Assembly (NCBI GenBank): GCA_964016885.1
Contig: OZ024740.1
Location: 126,108,001-126,172,000 of the forward strand
Source: Eledone cirrhosa
Taxonomy: Eukaryota
DNA: 64,000 nucleotides
Direction of reading: 5' to 3'
Shown: in pieces, positions 26,482 through 41,322 of the stretch
Layout of the letters: the number at the start of each line of letters is the position of its first letter
How positions within the stretch are numbered: the first letter of the stretch is position 1
Position numbers and translations under genes: made by a program
The notes under the pieces: generated by a model
Databases searched by the model: none
Told to the model about the DNA's origin: nothing
The model's input: the letters and a program-made list of their open reading frames with translations, nothing else

Positions 26482-28783
26482 ATTGAGTGAGTTAAATCGG
26501 TCAGGCATACCGAAAACGATAAATTGAAACAAAATGAAAACGAAATTTCATTTCTCACTCTTAGTATGGCACTTACTTAAATGTAAGTATGCATGTATAC
26601 GTACATACATATATGTATACAGACGTACAGTAGCATGCACATATATATATATATATATACATATATACATACATATGCATACAGGTACACATACATATAT
26701 GCACGTATCAGTTTAGCGGCGCTAACGTCGCTTTGTTCGTTTGTAAACAAACTGAACAGCCTGAATTTATGCCATACGGTGTTAAGGCAACCACGTCACC
26801 TTTTTGTTCAACACTGACACATGAACGATGTACTAGTTTCAAGCTTGTTAGCTATCATCAGCACCGTTTACCCATCTGCCAGATAGTTGAACGTTCGAAA
26901 GTATATACTTTCCTTATGAAAATTAACGGCTGAGCAGCCTAATTTGCATATTGAGTGAGTTAAATCGGTCAGGCATACCGAAAACGATAAATTGAAACAA
27001 AATGAAAACGAAATTTCATTTCTCACTCTTAGTATGGCACTTACTTAAATGTAAGTATGCATGTATACGTACATACATATATGTATACAGACGTACAGTA
27101 GCATGCACATATATATATATATATATACATATATACATACATATGCATACAGGTACACATACATATATGCACGTATCAGTTTAGCGGCGCTAATGTCGCT
27201 TTGTTCGTTTGTAAACAAACTGAACAGCCTGAATTTATGCCATACGGTGTTAAGGCAACCACGTCACCTTTTTGTTCAACACTGACACAGGAACGATGTA
27301 CTAGTTTCAAGCTTGTTAGCTATCATCAGCACCGTTTACCCATCTGCCAGATAGTTGAACGTTCGAAAGTATATACTTTCCTTATGAAAATTAACGGCTG
27401 AGCAGCCTAATTTGCATATTGAGTGAGTTAAATCGGTCAGGCATACCGAAAACGATAAATTGAAACAAAATGAAAACGAAATTTCATTTCTCACTCTTAG
27501 TATGGCACTTACTTAAATGTAAGTATGCATGTATACGTACATACATATATGTATACAGACGTACAGTAGCATGCACATATATATATATATACATATATAC
27601 ATACATATGCATACAGGTACACATACATATATGCACGTATCAGTTTAGCGGCGCTAACGTCGCTTTGTTCGTTTGTAAACAAACTGAACAGCCTGAATTT
27701 ATGCCATACGGTGTTAAGGCAACCACGTCACCTTTTTGTTCAACACTGACACAGGAACGATGTACTAGTTTCAAGCTTGTTAGCTATCATCAGCACCGTT
27801 TACCCATCTGCCAGATAGTTGAACGTTCGAAAGTATATACTTTCCTTATGAAAATTAACGGCTGAGCAGCCTAATTTGCATATTGAGTGAGTTAAATCGG
27901 TCAGGCATACCGAAAACGATAAATTGAAACAAAATGAAAACGAAATTTCATTTCTCACTCTTAGTATGGCACTTACTTAAATGTAAGTATGCATGTATAC
28001 GTACATACATATATGTATACAGACGTACAGTAGCATGCACATATATATATATATATATACATATATACATACATATGCATACAGGTACACATACATATAT
28101 GCACGTATCAGTTTAGCGGCGCTAACGTCGCTTTGTTCGTTTGTAAACAAACTGAACAGCCTGAATTTATGCCATACGGTGTTAAGGCAACCACGTCACC
28201 TTTTTGTTCAACACTGACACAGGAACGATGTACTAGTTTCAAGCTTGTTAGCTATCATCAGCACCGTTTACCCATCTGCCAGATAGTTGAACGTTCGAAA
28301 GTATATACTTTCCTTATGAAAATTAACGGCTGAGCAGCCTAATTTGCATATTGAGTGAGTTAAATCGGTCAGGCATACCGAAAACGATAAATTGAAACAA
28401 AATGAAAACGAAATTTCATTTCTCACTCTTAGTTATGCACTTACTTAAATGTAAGTATGCATGTATACGTACATACATATATGTATACAGACGTACAGTA
28501 GCATACATATGTATGTATATATGTATATATATATATATATATGTGCATGCTACTGTACGTCTGTATACATATATGTATGTACGTATACATGCATACTTAC
28601 ATTTAAGTAAGTGCCATACTAAGAGTGAGAAATGAAATTTCGTTTTCATTTTGTTTCAATTTATCGTTTTCGGTATGCCTGACCGATTTAACTCACTCAA
28701 TATGCAAATTAGGCTGCTCAGCCGTTAATTTTCATAAGGAAAGTATATACTTTCGAACGTTCAACTATCTGGCAGATGGGTAA

Positions 28784-28826
28784 ACGGTGCTGATGATAGC
28801 TAACAAGCTTGAAACTAGTACATCGT
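28784..28826 (+). ncRNA. Type I hammerhead ribozyme in inverted arm (also 29252-29294)
   Basis: ACGGTGCTGATGATAGCTAACAAGCTTGAAACTAGTACATCGT read directly. Confidence 0.85.
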
Positions 28827-29594
28827 TCCTGTGTCAGTGTTGAACAAAAAGGTGACGTGGTTGCCTTAACACCGTATGGCATAAATTCAGGCTGTTCAGT
28901 TTGTTTACAAACGAACAAAGCGACGTTAGCGCCGCTAAACTGATACGTGCATATATGTATGTGTACCTGTATGCATATGTATGTATATATGTATATATAT
29001 ATATATATATGTGCATGCTACTGTACGTCTGTATACATATATGTATGTACGTATACATGCATACTTACATTTAAGTAAGTGCCATACTAAGAGTGAGAAA
29101 TGAAATTTCGTTTTCATTTTGTTTCAATTTATCGTTTTCGGTATGCCTGACCGATTTAACTCACTCAATATGCAAATTAGGCTGCTCAGCCGTTAATTTT
29201 CATAAGGAAAGTATATACTTTCGAACGTTCAACTATCTGGCAGATGGGTAAACGGTGCTGATGATAGCTAACAAGCTTGAAACTAGTACATCGTTCCTGT
29301 GTCAGTGTTGAACAAAAAGGTGACGTGGTTGCCTTAACACCGTATGGCATAAATTCAGGCTGTTCAGTTTGTTTACAAACGAACAAAGCGACGTTAGCGC
29401 CGCTAAACTGATACGTGCATATATGTATGTGTACCTGTATGCATATGTATGTATATATGTATATATATATATATATATGTGCATGCTACTGTACGTCTGT
29501 ATACATATATGTATGTACGTATACATGCATACTTACATTTAAGTAAGTGCCATACTAAGAGTGAGAAATGAAATTTCGTTTTCATTTTGTTTCA

Positions 29595-29736
<142 letters not shown>

Positions 29737-29920
29737 TTATATATATATACATACAAACACTTACTCGTACGCTAGCACACACAAACTTGAACATAATTAA
29801 ACATATGCCTTCAAGTTATAGATAATCAGACTACCTGAATCTAAACAACCAGCTTGCCTATCCTTCACCTCCTACTCACACTCATCTATCTTCATTCCTG
29901 TAGCTGTGTGGCTCTACCCG

Positions 29921-29971
<51 letters not shown>

Positions 29972-30339
29972 AACCCATCCTTAGAAAACACTAACACAGG
30001 CACACACATACACGCACATACATGTGGAAACACTACGCTTATATAGACATACTTCGATAGATAATCACGAGATCATGTGCGTACGAATATATAGAGACGC
30101 ATACACATACATATAAAATACGCCTACGTAGTCACGCCCATACAGACACACACATGCTCATATGTATGTATGTATATATGTATGTATGTTTGCATGCATG
30201 TATATATATACATTTATGTGTGTAGTTATAAACACCCCCTAACGCGCACACGCCTATATACATACACACAAACCCACGCACACACACACACATACACACA
30301 CATGCGCACACACACACACACACACATACACACACACAT

Positions 30340-30418
<79 letters not shown>

Positions 30419-30502
30419 TACATAAGGTGAGTGTGTATGCACGTTTATGAAAGCGAAAGAGAGATAGAGGAGAGTGAAAGCAAGAGGGAAAGAGAGAGGG
30501 AG

Positions 30503-30561
<59 letters not shown>

Positions 30562-32598
30562 AAGTCAAGGAAGTGAGATCTAAATCAATCATGTTACTAA
30601 CCCTGAGAAAGGTTTAGCATTTGCTGAGAATGAGTCATAGTTAGAAGGATATATACTGATAGACTATAAAACAGCAGCAGATATATAAACAGAAAAATAG
30701 ACATGGGACTCATATAAACAGAAGAGAAGAAGAGATCGCTGTCGTGGGGTTTGGTGAGGGGTGCTATTGAGATGTCCGAAAGAAAGAAATTAAGTGCGAA
30801 AGAAGGAGCAAAGTTCGTAAAATAGTGCATTTGAAGGTTGCAAACTGATCTGACTCTAAATTGGAGCAATAGAAGCTTTCAAGATAATGGAAGAGCGTAG
30901 AAATTTTCTTTCTCTACCTCATTTTTCATTGTCTTTCTCTCGCAATCTCACTCTCATTCACTCACAACACTCTCTCTCACGTATGCACACACATTTGAGC
31001 CTGTATATATTATATATGTGCGTGTTGGAGTGTATACGCGTGTGTTTGTATGTGTGGTGTATCCGTGACTGTGTAGGCGTGTGTATGTATGTACATATAG
31101 GCAAGCAAATACCTAAACATCTGTGTGTATTTGGTCATACATAATAAAGTAAAATAATATTAAAGCACACAATATATCATATATGAGACATTCTCTATTG
31201 GCGATACATATATGAGACATGTATACATATGTATGTATATATAGAGTGTATATAATTCTGTGAATTACTGGTGGTGGTCCCAAAACGAGCACTCCATGCA
31301 CAGACATTTGCTCCTAACCACAGTTGAGCGCTGGAACGCTGAACGCTGAGTATCATGTAGAAGTTTCTATTCAAATCATCATTTAAAGAAACGAAACTTC
31401 ATCAATCTCCTTAATATATATGTATCTATATTTATAATAAATGGGCACTGGGGTAACCACATACTTAAGGTCTTTGGTAATCTTAAGGTCTGAGTTTCTG
31501 ACTTATTACTCGGCATCTGAAAAAGTGTTCTCTACCAAAACATCGTCAAATTTATTAGGACCAAGTGGATAACTGATTCAAAGGAACCTGAGTTTTTCTC
31601 CATGCAGTATTACGATGATTCGTTCAGAGAGGATTACGTAAAGTTTGCACTTGTCTTTGAAAGAGCCCCTTATTATGATAGCATAATGAGTTCGTCATCT
31701 TGTTCAAACAACTGTAATACTCTTCGTCGAAACTGATCAATTTACTTTTATATATGCATACTTTCTGAAATACACTTACGTAAATATTGTTTGTTTATTA
31801 CAATATAGTAACTCAACATATCGTATATTGGGTTTTGCTGAAGTAATTTGAATAATATGGAGACTTCAGGGATGTGTATATATTTATATACCATTGAGCA
31901 GAGATATGCAATTATTTTACGATTTATATGGACAGCAGTTGTTGGACAGTGAATTGTATACGTGTGTGTTTCATTACACGTATTAAATAATGCATCTTTA
32001 ATAATGCATTTATTGTCTTGTTTAGAGTGACATATGTTTAATTACGTTTCGTCTATGATACACACACACATATATGTATATATATTGAAACATGCATAAT
32101 TCTCTGATGCCTTTATGTTGATGTGGTGTGTTCAAAATGATAAATAGCGTCTAAAAGACGGTAGTAAGTTTTGCAACTAAAACATAGAAAAATCAGTTCA
32201 CGTACGCCGGGGAAATATTTTAACGAAATCAATTAACCACAACTGCTCGCATATACGTGTCGGCAATCCTCTATTACATTTCAGAATTCAAAGCTCAATT
32301 TCTAACATTATCAAGGCGTTGAGTAGCTAATCTTTCAAAAACCATCTGAATTTTTCTAGTTGTACAAGCTTTAGAGAAATATCCTAAATAGGATTTATAG
32401 TTTCGGTAGAAATGATCTCGTTTCTGTGATGGTGACACCATCGTTAACATTGCTGTTAGAATTCATATCAGGAAGATGTATTAGCTTCCTTTCGAAAACA
32501 TTAGAAATGTTTATCATCAATGTCAGAAGGAGAAGACGTTGATGCGAGGGTCATGTGCAGAAATGGTATCTAGATTATTCATGTCAAAACCCAATCAT

Positions 32599-32670
<72 letters not shown>

Positions 32671-33042
32671 TCTCTCTCTCCCTCTCTCTCCCCTTCTCTC
32701 TCTTTCGCTCTTTCTCTCTCTCTCTCTCACACACACACATACATACACATAAACCTGTACATTCTCACTAAATTCTGTTTACACACTAATAATATAACAA
32801 ACACAAGATCAAGCAGAGTACAAACAAATATACATATTTACACATTTGCACAGTCATTATGCAACCAATCAGAGATATATACACCATATATCACAAACAA
32901 ACAGATCAAGTATAAATCGTCAGTCATACATAATTACACAAATAGTACACTATCATTCACACATAATTTCACGCTCATAATATTGATATATATTCACTCA
33001 AGCTAAAACATATACGCACACACATACACGTATATATATACA

Positions 33043-33074
<32 letters not shown>

Positions 33075-33079
<5 letters not shown>

Positions 33080-33477
33080 TAAAAAGAATTCCAACTTTGT
33101 CTGATTTACTAGTTTTATTTACAATCCTTTAACATTTATAATGGTATTAGAATGAAATGTATGGTAGAATATTAAATGTTAAGTGTTAAATGAACAAGTA
33201 CTTTCATGCTTTCGCAATCTCCAGGTTCATATTCTGTGGTGACAGTCAAGTTTGCAATTTTCAGCAAACTTGACTGTCACCACAGAATGTGAACCGGAAG
33301 ATCGCGAAAGCATGAAAGTACTTGTTCATTTAACACTTAACATTTAATATTCTACCATACATTTCATTCTAATACCATTATAAATGTTAAAGGATTGTAA
33401 ATAAAACGAGTAAGTCAGAAAAATTTGGAATTCCTTTTATTAATATAATCTTCTATACACAATCATACACACCCGTG
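33075..33477 (+). mobile_element. Fold-back PLE-type terminus, arms of about 180 bp, with minimal hammerhead at 33291-33327
   Basis: Consensus of the two arms GAAC-CTGAAGA-TTGCGAAAGCAT-GAAA-GTAC-TT-GTTC; tail of about 30 nt; (TA)n flanks. Confidence 0.8.
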
Positions 33478-34295
33478 TATATTTATCTATATCTATATAT
33501 ATATATAAATATATATGTATGTATGTATGGATGGATGTAAGGGCGGAAGAACTCATAAGAGTCAACGGCCATCCGAAAGTGTGTAAATATATATATATAC
33601 ATGTACCTGCGTTGTTAAACCACTGGGAATGAAAGACCCTTGGCCTTTGTCAAGACATTCTTCTAGGAAAAGGCAACTCAGGAAACTAGGATAACTCCGA
33701 TATAAAACCTGCGGCTCAGTAGTTACCGATGATGTTGATCTTTTCTTCTTTTCGGGTTATAGCTACTGTCGCTCAGAGAGTGGGATTGGCTCAGTGCACA
33801 GTCTTTCCTCACGTTAAAAAATATCTTCATGCAAAGGCATTGCACCATAGATTTAATTAATAATTATTAATAATGGTATATCGTGTAATGGCCATACTCG
33901 ATAACGAGGGGGCAGCCATCATCATATATATATGTGTGTGTATGTGTATGACTGTGTGTGTATGTGTGTGTGAGAGAGTGTGTGTGTGTGCGCGTGTGTG
34001 TGTTTGTGTGCGTGTGTGTGTGTGTATTTGTGTTTGTAAAACCAAACAAACAAGTATATGCGATGATGCAGAGACAAACTGAACAATATTTTTCGACAAA
34101 TGTTCTTAAAGTATAGAACTATGTTAATAGGATTAATGTAGATTGTACAAGACAGACAAACATACTGAGGAACATATATTCTAGCAGTTATATGGAGTTA
34201 TGGGTAAGAGGAAATATTCATAAAGGTTTGATATATCGAATTGGTAGCCTAATTCTTAAAACAAATAATTTTAAATAAATTTGTTATTCACTTCG

Positions 34296-34858
<563 letters not shown>

Positions 34859-34874
34859 CTATATATATATATAT

Positions 34875-35004
34875 AAACGGAAAAAATGAAACGAAATTTC
34901 ATTTCTCACTCTTAGTACGGCTGTTACTTAAATATAAGTACGTATACGTACATACATATATGTATACAGACGTACAGTAGTATGTATATATATATACATA
35001 CATA

Positions 35005-35006
<2 letters not shown>
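34875..35006 (-). mobile_element. Terminal fragment of the retrozyme-like family
   Basis: Nearly identical to 21005-21132, same terminus. Confidence 0.85.
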
Positions 35007-35070
<64 letters not shown>

Positions 35071-35075
<5 letters not shown>

Positions 35076-37775
35076 TAAAATAACAGATTAAAGTTTAAGC
35101 AAAGAATCGCTGCTATCACCCTTAACGGGATCTTCTGAGTTTCAGAAGATCCCGTTAAGGGTGATAGCAGCGATTCTTTGCTTAAACTTTAATCTGTTAT
35201 TCTAATAAATATTTGCTCTACGGTTCTTATGTATTTGATATATATTTTCCTATATAGGTAGACTTAGTAAAACGATTCTTGATAGAATTATACCTGAAAT
35301 TAGAAGTTAGGCCCCTCTCGCACTGTGGAACAATTCTTTTGCGGTGATTGATTGGTTCAACGGCATATGTAACAAGGAACATTGCCGCTTTATCCAATTC
35401 GACATCAACAATTACTACTCCTCCATCACTTTACCACTTCTCCTTAGAGCTATCAATTTCGCTAAAACACTCACAGTGGTGAAGGATTTCGAAGTTGATG
35501 TCATCCTCAATGCCCGAAAGTCGGTGATTAATTTCGACGACTCTATTTGGATTAAAAAATCCAATAGTACCCCATTCGACGTGAGTATGGGCGCCAGTGA
35601 CTCTGCGGAGGTTACTGATCTTATTGGCCTTTTCCTTCTTTTCTCTATCAAGGACGAATTTCCCAACTCGGGCGGTGGTTTGTACCGTGATGATGGTCTT
35701 TTAACCATGACTAAGTGCAGACCTCGTGCTTGCGACAGGTTCAGAAAAGAACTCACAGCCTTCTTTAAAGGCTTCAACCTCTCTTATACAGGTTGAGGCC
35801 AATCTCTCGGTCGTTAATTACCTCGACGTTACCCTCAATTTATTGAATGGGTTGTATTACCCGTATAGAAAGCCGAATGATACGCTTAATTACATAAGTA
35901 AGCAAAGCATTCCAACAATCCTGCCAGCATAACCAAGAACCTGATAAGAAACGTTTCGTTGAGGCTTTCCCGTCTGTCCACCAGCGAGCGTATTTTCAAC
36001 GACCATTCCAATTATTACAATGAAGCTCTTGCTCGAAGTGGATTTGACGATAAGGTAGCATATACAGAGTACGAAAATAGACCTAGAAGAAATAGATCCC
36101 GTCGCATTTGTTGGTTTAACCCACCATATAATATGGAGGTGGCCACACCATTAGCTAAGATCTTTCTTTCCCTTATTACGAAGCATTTTCCCCCTACACA
36201 TAAATATAGTAAAATTTTTAATAGAAATACTATTAACATTTCTTACTCTACGACTCCTAACCTTGCACATAACATCACAGCTTCAAATTTAGCTAAACTA
36301 CCTAGCCGTAGGAACACGTGCAACCCTGTAGTTAGTACTAACTGTATTTGTAGGAATCGGGCTGATTGACCCATATCCGGGAAATGCCTCTCTAGTAACA
36401 TTGTCTACAAATGTAAGGTTGTAACACCCACGTCCCGTAGGGCCTACATAGGGTTAACCGCCAGTAGATTCAAGCAGCGTCTTTACATGCATACCCATTC
36501 TTTTCGTTACCCTCTAAGAAGGAATATGACGTCACTTTCAGCTTATATCTGGAGTCTAAAAGACAACCACACCCCATATAAGTTACACTGGGAGATCCTA
36601 GCTAGGGCTAGATCGTATAACGGAAATAAAAGACCATGTGACCTCTGCGCCGCTGAGGCCCTGGAAATACTCTACGCCACAGACCACATCTTAAACAAAA
36701 AATCTGAGGCAATTTCGGCTTGTAAACATAAATTGCACAAAACTTTCCTGTATTACAGACCCACGTTATACCCTAACGGATAGTACGATCTATACGTGGA
36801 TATTTTACGTCTTGATGTGGGAGCTAAGTATATGTTTTGTTTTTTACTTTACTTATTTGCATAGGTTAGTATATATTACCCGTATGTTTTGTGAAGGTAT
36901 GTATACCTTCTCGTACATATATTTGATTGTTATGGCGTATAATTTTATATATTCTGGTTTTTAGGGTTTGGCTATGTGTATACGGGAGTCCTGCGTCTGC
37001 GTGAGTATGCAGGTTCGTACGTATGGTGGGTGTGTGTATATGTGTACTTCCTGTTTTAGTTGACTTACGTCTCCGAACATTCGTCGATTTATATGTAGGT
37101 ATGTGTGTGCGCTTGTTATATACGTTTTTATTTACTTATATACGTTTATATAATTATTTATTTATTTGTACACAAGCATACACACACACAAATATTTATA
37201 TGTGCGTGGTTTTGTATACCTATGGTAAGGTTTTGCGTATGCTTGTGTATGTACGTATTTGTTTCCGTGTATGTATTTATTTATTTCCATTACTTCCGTA
37301 TTGTATTTATTTACTTTGTTCTTAACTCTGTAGCGGAGATTCATTTGGTCTCCTAGTTAGAATTTTAGTCACCGATTTCTGCTATACCATTTACGGGGTT
37401 TTGTCTTTGCGTGCTATTGTTCTCCACGCACCACATATGACTTATTATCTTCGTTTTTTCGTTCATTGCCAGAGAACGTCTCTATGCACCACCTAGAGAA
37501 CATTAGTCTACGACCTCTTTTATACCATAAACGTGGTTCTGTCTTTGCGCGTAATTGTTTTTCACCGTTCCTATTAATGACGTATTATTCGTTTTTTCCC
37601 GTTCTTTGCCAGCGAACGTTACCACGAACCAAAGTATCGTCTTCCTGTCTTCCTCCGGTTGCAACGTTTTTGAAATATCCAGTTCTACGTTTACAGATTG
37701 ACTTTGTTAGTTTCAGAAGATCCCGTTAAGGGTGAAAGCAGCGATTCTTTGCTTAATCTTTAATCTGTTATTTTA

Positions 37776-37781
<6 letters not shown>
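35071..37781 (+). mobile_element. Penelope-like element, Hydra-clade-like family 2, 5'-truncated, with fold-back pLTR at 35071-35252 and 3' pLTR at about 37690-37781
   Basis: FIQFDINNYY, MGASDSAEV, GGLYRDDGL, WFNPPY, CIC-x5-(TGA), NIVYKC..AYIGLT; terminal repeat with hammerhead-like CAGAAGA..GAAA. Confidence 0.9.
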
Positions 37782-37830
<49 letters not shown>

Positions 37831-38283
37831 ATTCACATGAATCAAATTTCTGTTCAAACCATTTATTAGCTTACAATTGTTTCGTCCAAACCGAGGTTTG
37901 GAGAATCGGAGCAATTTTTCAATGATTGTTTACATACATGACCTCCTTTCCAACACAAGAGACATACAGATACATATGTATATATTGATGCACAGTGGAG
38001 TGACATCCATTATAATATTTTATATGTTTTTATCATAATGGAATGTTCTCCATCTCACTCTATTGATAAAGGAGTTTACACTGTCGATCAATAATTTCTC
38101 ATATGTATTCTTGGTTGGTATTGGTATGTTCTTGTTTGACATAGGGAAATGTTATTACATTGAGCTATTTATCTTACTGGTAATAAGGTAGTAATAAATT
38201 ACTGTCTTTCACTGTTTAGCGTTTAAAATATATATAACTATAAAAAGTTTTAGTATATACATTAACATAAATAGTATCCTTAA

Positions 38284-38453
<170 letters not shown>

Positions 38454-38477
38454 ATATATATTATATATATATATATT

Positions 38478-38665
38478 ATGGTGGATTGGCAGTATCAGTA
38501 GAGGGTCGGACCCCATGCTTTCCAGCATAGTTACGTCCCTTTACGGTCTGAGTTCAAATCCCGCCGAGGTTGACTTTGCCTTTCATCCTTACGGGGTCGA
38601 TAAAATAAAGTACCAGTAATGCACTGGATAATACCCTGGGCCTTGTGCCTAAAATAGAAACAATT
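38478..38665 (+). mobile_element. tRNA-derived octopus-type SINE
   Basis: GAGTTCAAATCCCGCCGAGGTTGACTTTGCCTTTCATCCTTACGGGGTCGATAAAATAAAGTACCAGT. Confidence 0.8.
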
Positions 38666-38824
38666 ATATATATATACACTATATATATATAGCTGTCTAA
38701 ACGTAATGTTATAACTCTAAGGTAAAATTCCTTATTGCGTGCTTTTGGCTGCACTTTGCGATAGCATTCATTAGCATTCGTGAGCTTGCCCGCAACCAGG
38801 GCTTCGATTAAGCTATACTACCTT

Positions 38825-38889
<65 letters not shown>

Positions 38890-39466
38890 ATAAATGGAAA
38901 AGAAAATGCTGACAAATTGTTCACAGTGAAAACTAGTTTAATTAGGAATAAGTGAGAATTAGTAATAGTATTGGTTAGTATACAGTTTTGGTTTTAAGTT
39001 TTACCGGTTGCGCATTTCTAACGCTTTTCAAAAATAATTTTGAGATAAAGCGTCCGTGATGTTTGCTCTGATCTGATTAGTTTTGGGAATTCTACCTGTT
39101 TTTATGTGAAGAAAGTGGCTCCAGCGGTATTAAAATAAGTTTCGCGCCAATTCGTGTTGCAAAAATTCTTGTGGTCAAAACAATTTTGATTGGTTGGTAG
39201 AGGTCATGTGAATGTTAAAAACTGATTTTGCGCCAAATGTAGGTTTGTGTCGGCTGATTGAGAAGTCACTGAAAAATAAGTCTTTCAAAACAAATATGTG
39301 TGTGTGTGTAGTAGTAGTAAAGAGGTTCGTTGTTGTGATAATGGTCAGCAGAGATGTGTGTGCGAACCGCAGCCTGTTGACAGTTCAAATGCCTATTAAG
39401 ACAAGTGTGTGTGTGTGGGGGGGGTGTATATGTCTCTTTGTATGTAAATGTACGCGTGTGTATGTT

Positions 39467-39520
<54 letters not shown>

Positions 39521-39965
39521 AGAATGTGTGTGTGTGTGTGGGTGAACCAGTATTTATTTCTGGTAAAATGGTGTACATTATTCGATATTTTCAGTAAAAA
39601 CGATTCTCTCAATAGAACATCAAAAACCTTAATAATAAAAGGTGTGAAATGATATATAGTATTGGCATAATACCAAGGTGTGTGTGAGTGTCCAGATTGT
39701 ACGTACTGCAAGGGGAATCCATTAGGCCTTGCCGTATTGGAATACTTGTGTACAAATATGTATGTGCCCATCAGTGTGCAATGCATGTGTGCGTTTATGT
39801 ATGTGTGTGTGTCGGCAAGTTTATATCTATAGACATCAAAAGGTATGCACATTTGTGTTGCACCATAGAACATGTGTGTTTACGTATATCATTGTGTTTA
39901 TATGTGGATAGAGATGTATGCTGATGTAGGTATGTATGTTGACGTGTGTATGTTGTGGGTTCGTC

Positions 39966-41240
39966 TTAGGGAGAAGTCTTTAGATGGGGTCCGTATTTGT
40001 TCATAAAGTAAGATTCCTTGCTGATGCGCTGGGTGTGGGTGGCATTATCTTTAAATTTGTAGAGGGGAAAGATTCTGAAGTTGCGATGATTTTGGGCGGC
40101 ACAGGTATCAATGTGTTCACTCAGTGGTATTTTCCTGTATTCCCGTATTTTAATTTGGGATCTATGGACAGTCATGCGTTGGCGGAGGCTGTTTTGGTCT
40201 GGCCTGTGTATTGTTCTCGACAACCTAGTAAGTTAATACATATATTAGATTTTCTGATGCGCATGTGAAATTGTGTTTTACTATAAAACGTTGTCCTTCT
40301 TTGAAATAGAATTCCGAACCCTCTATTAGGTTGATGCATATGCCACAGTTGGGTCTATCGCATTTTTTTACTGTGGGTTTCGTTGTTGTGGTTGGCAGTA
40401 CTTTGGCATGTGTTAGGATGTTTTTCATTGACTTAGATTGTCTTTTGCTCTTTATCATATCGTGTGTTCGTAGGATTTGGTTCATTCTATAGTCCTTTTT
40501 CAACATAGGGATGTTCTGGAGGATGGTGTCAAAGGCCTCATTGTTGAGGGGGTTGTGTGTGGAGATGTATGGAAGAGTTTTTAGTTTCGGTTGATTTACT
40601 TTAGGATGTCTAAGGTCCTGGGTACTGAGTTTTAGGGCACGTTGGATTCCATTGTCAATTAGTGATGCAGGGTAGTCCCTGCCCATGAGTGTGTCCTTTA
40701 GTTCTTGTAGCCCTAAGTAGCAGGTGTTTTTATTGGAGACTATAGTACAGATTCTCTTGGCTAAGTTGTAGGGAATATTAATTTTAACGTGTCTAGGGTG
40801 GCAAGAGTTGAAAGGAAGATCTTGCTTGGAGTCTGTGGGCTTGTAGTATATGTCTGTTTCTATTTTTTTGTTATGGATCTTAATGAGGATGTCGCGGAAG
40901 GGGAATGGTTGATGGCTGTATTCCATCGTGAAGTTAATATTCGTGTTGAGCCCATTTATAAGGGTGTGAAATTCTTTAAGTTTCTCGATGTTTTCGTGCC
41001 AAAGGATGAAGCAGTCATCTAGATATCGCTTCCAGTTCCTTTCTATGTGTAAGTGGAGAGTGTTTCTAAATTTGTTTAGGACTTTAGTGTAGAGGGTGAT
41101 TTCCAGGTATCCCATGACTAGGTTGGCATAAGTGGGGGCTGTTTTCGTTCCCATAGCGGTCCCAGATTTCTGCCTGTAGGGTTTGTTATTGAAAACGAAG
41201 TAATTGTTCTCCAAGATAAATTTGAGTCCTTCTACTGCTA

Positions 41241-41243
<3 letters not shown>
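39966..41243 (-). mobile_element. Neptune-like Penelope element, 5'-truncated (RT, Cys linker, GIY-YIG); 3' UTR may extend to about 38890
   Basis: GTAMGTKTAPTYANL, WKRYLDD, KPTD..SCHP, CDRPNCGIC linker, NFTCASENLIY, LRQRMTVH. Confidence 0.9.

Positions 41244-41322
<79 letters not shown>

Noticed and set aside
26121-29585. Repeated 60-130 aa ORFs in the 468-bp array
   Set aside because: No domain-like content, they run through TA repeats and change frame between units; the conserved feature is RNA structure.
31255-31320. Short similarity to 60480-60535 in inverted orientation (GAATTACTGGTGGTGGT)
   Set aside because: Probably an ordinary old dispersed repeat; too short to interpret.
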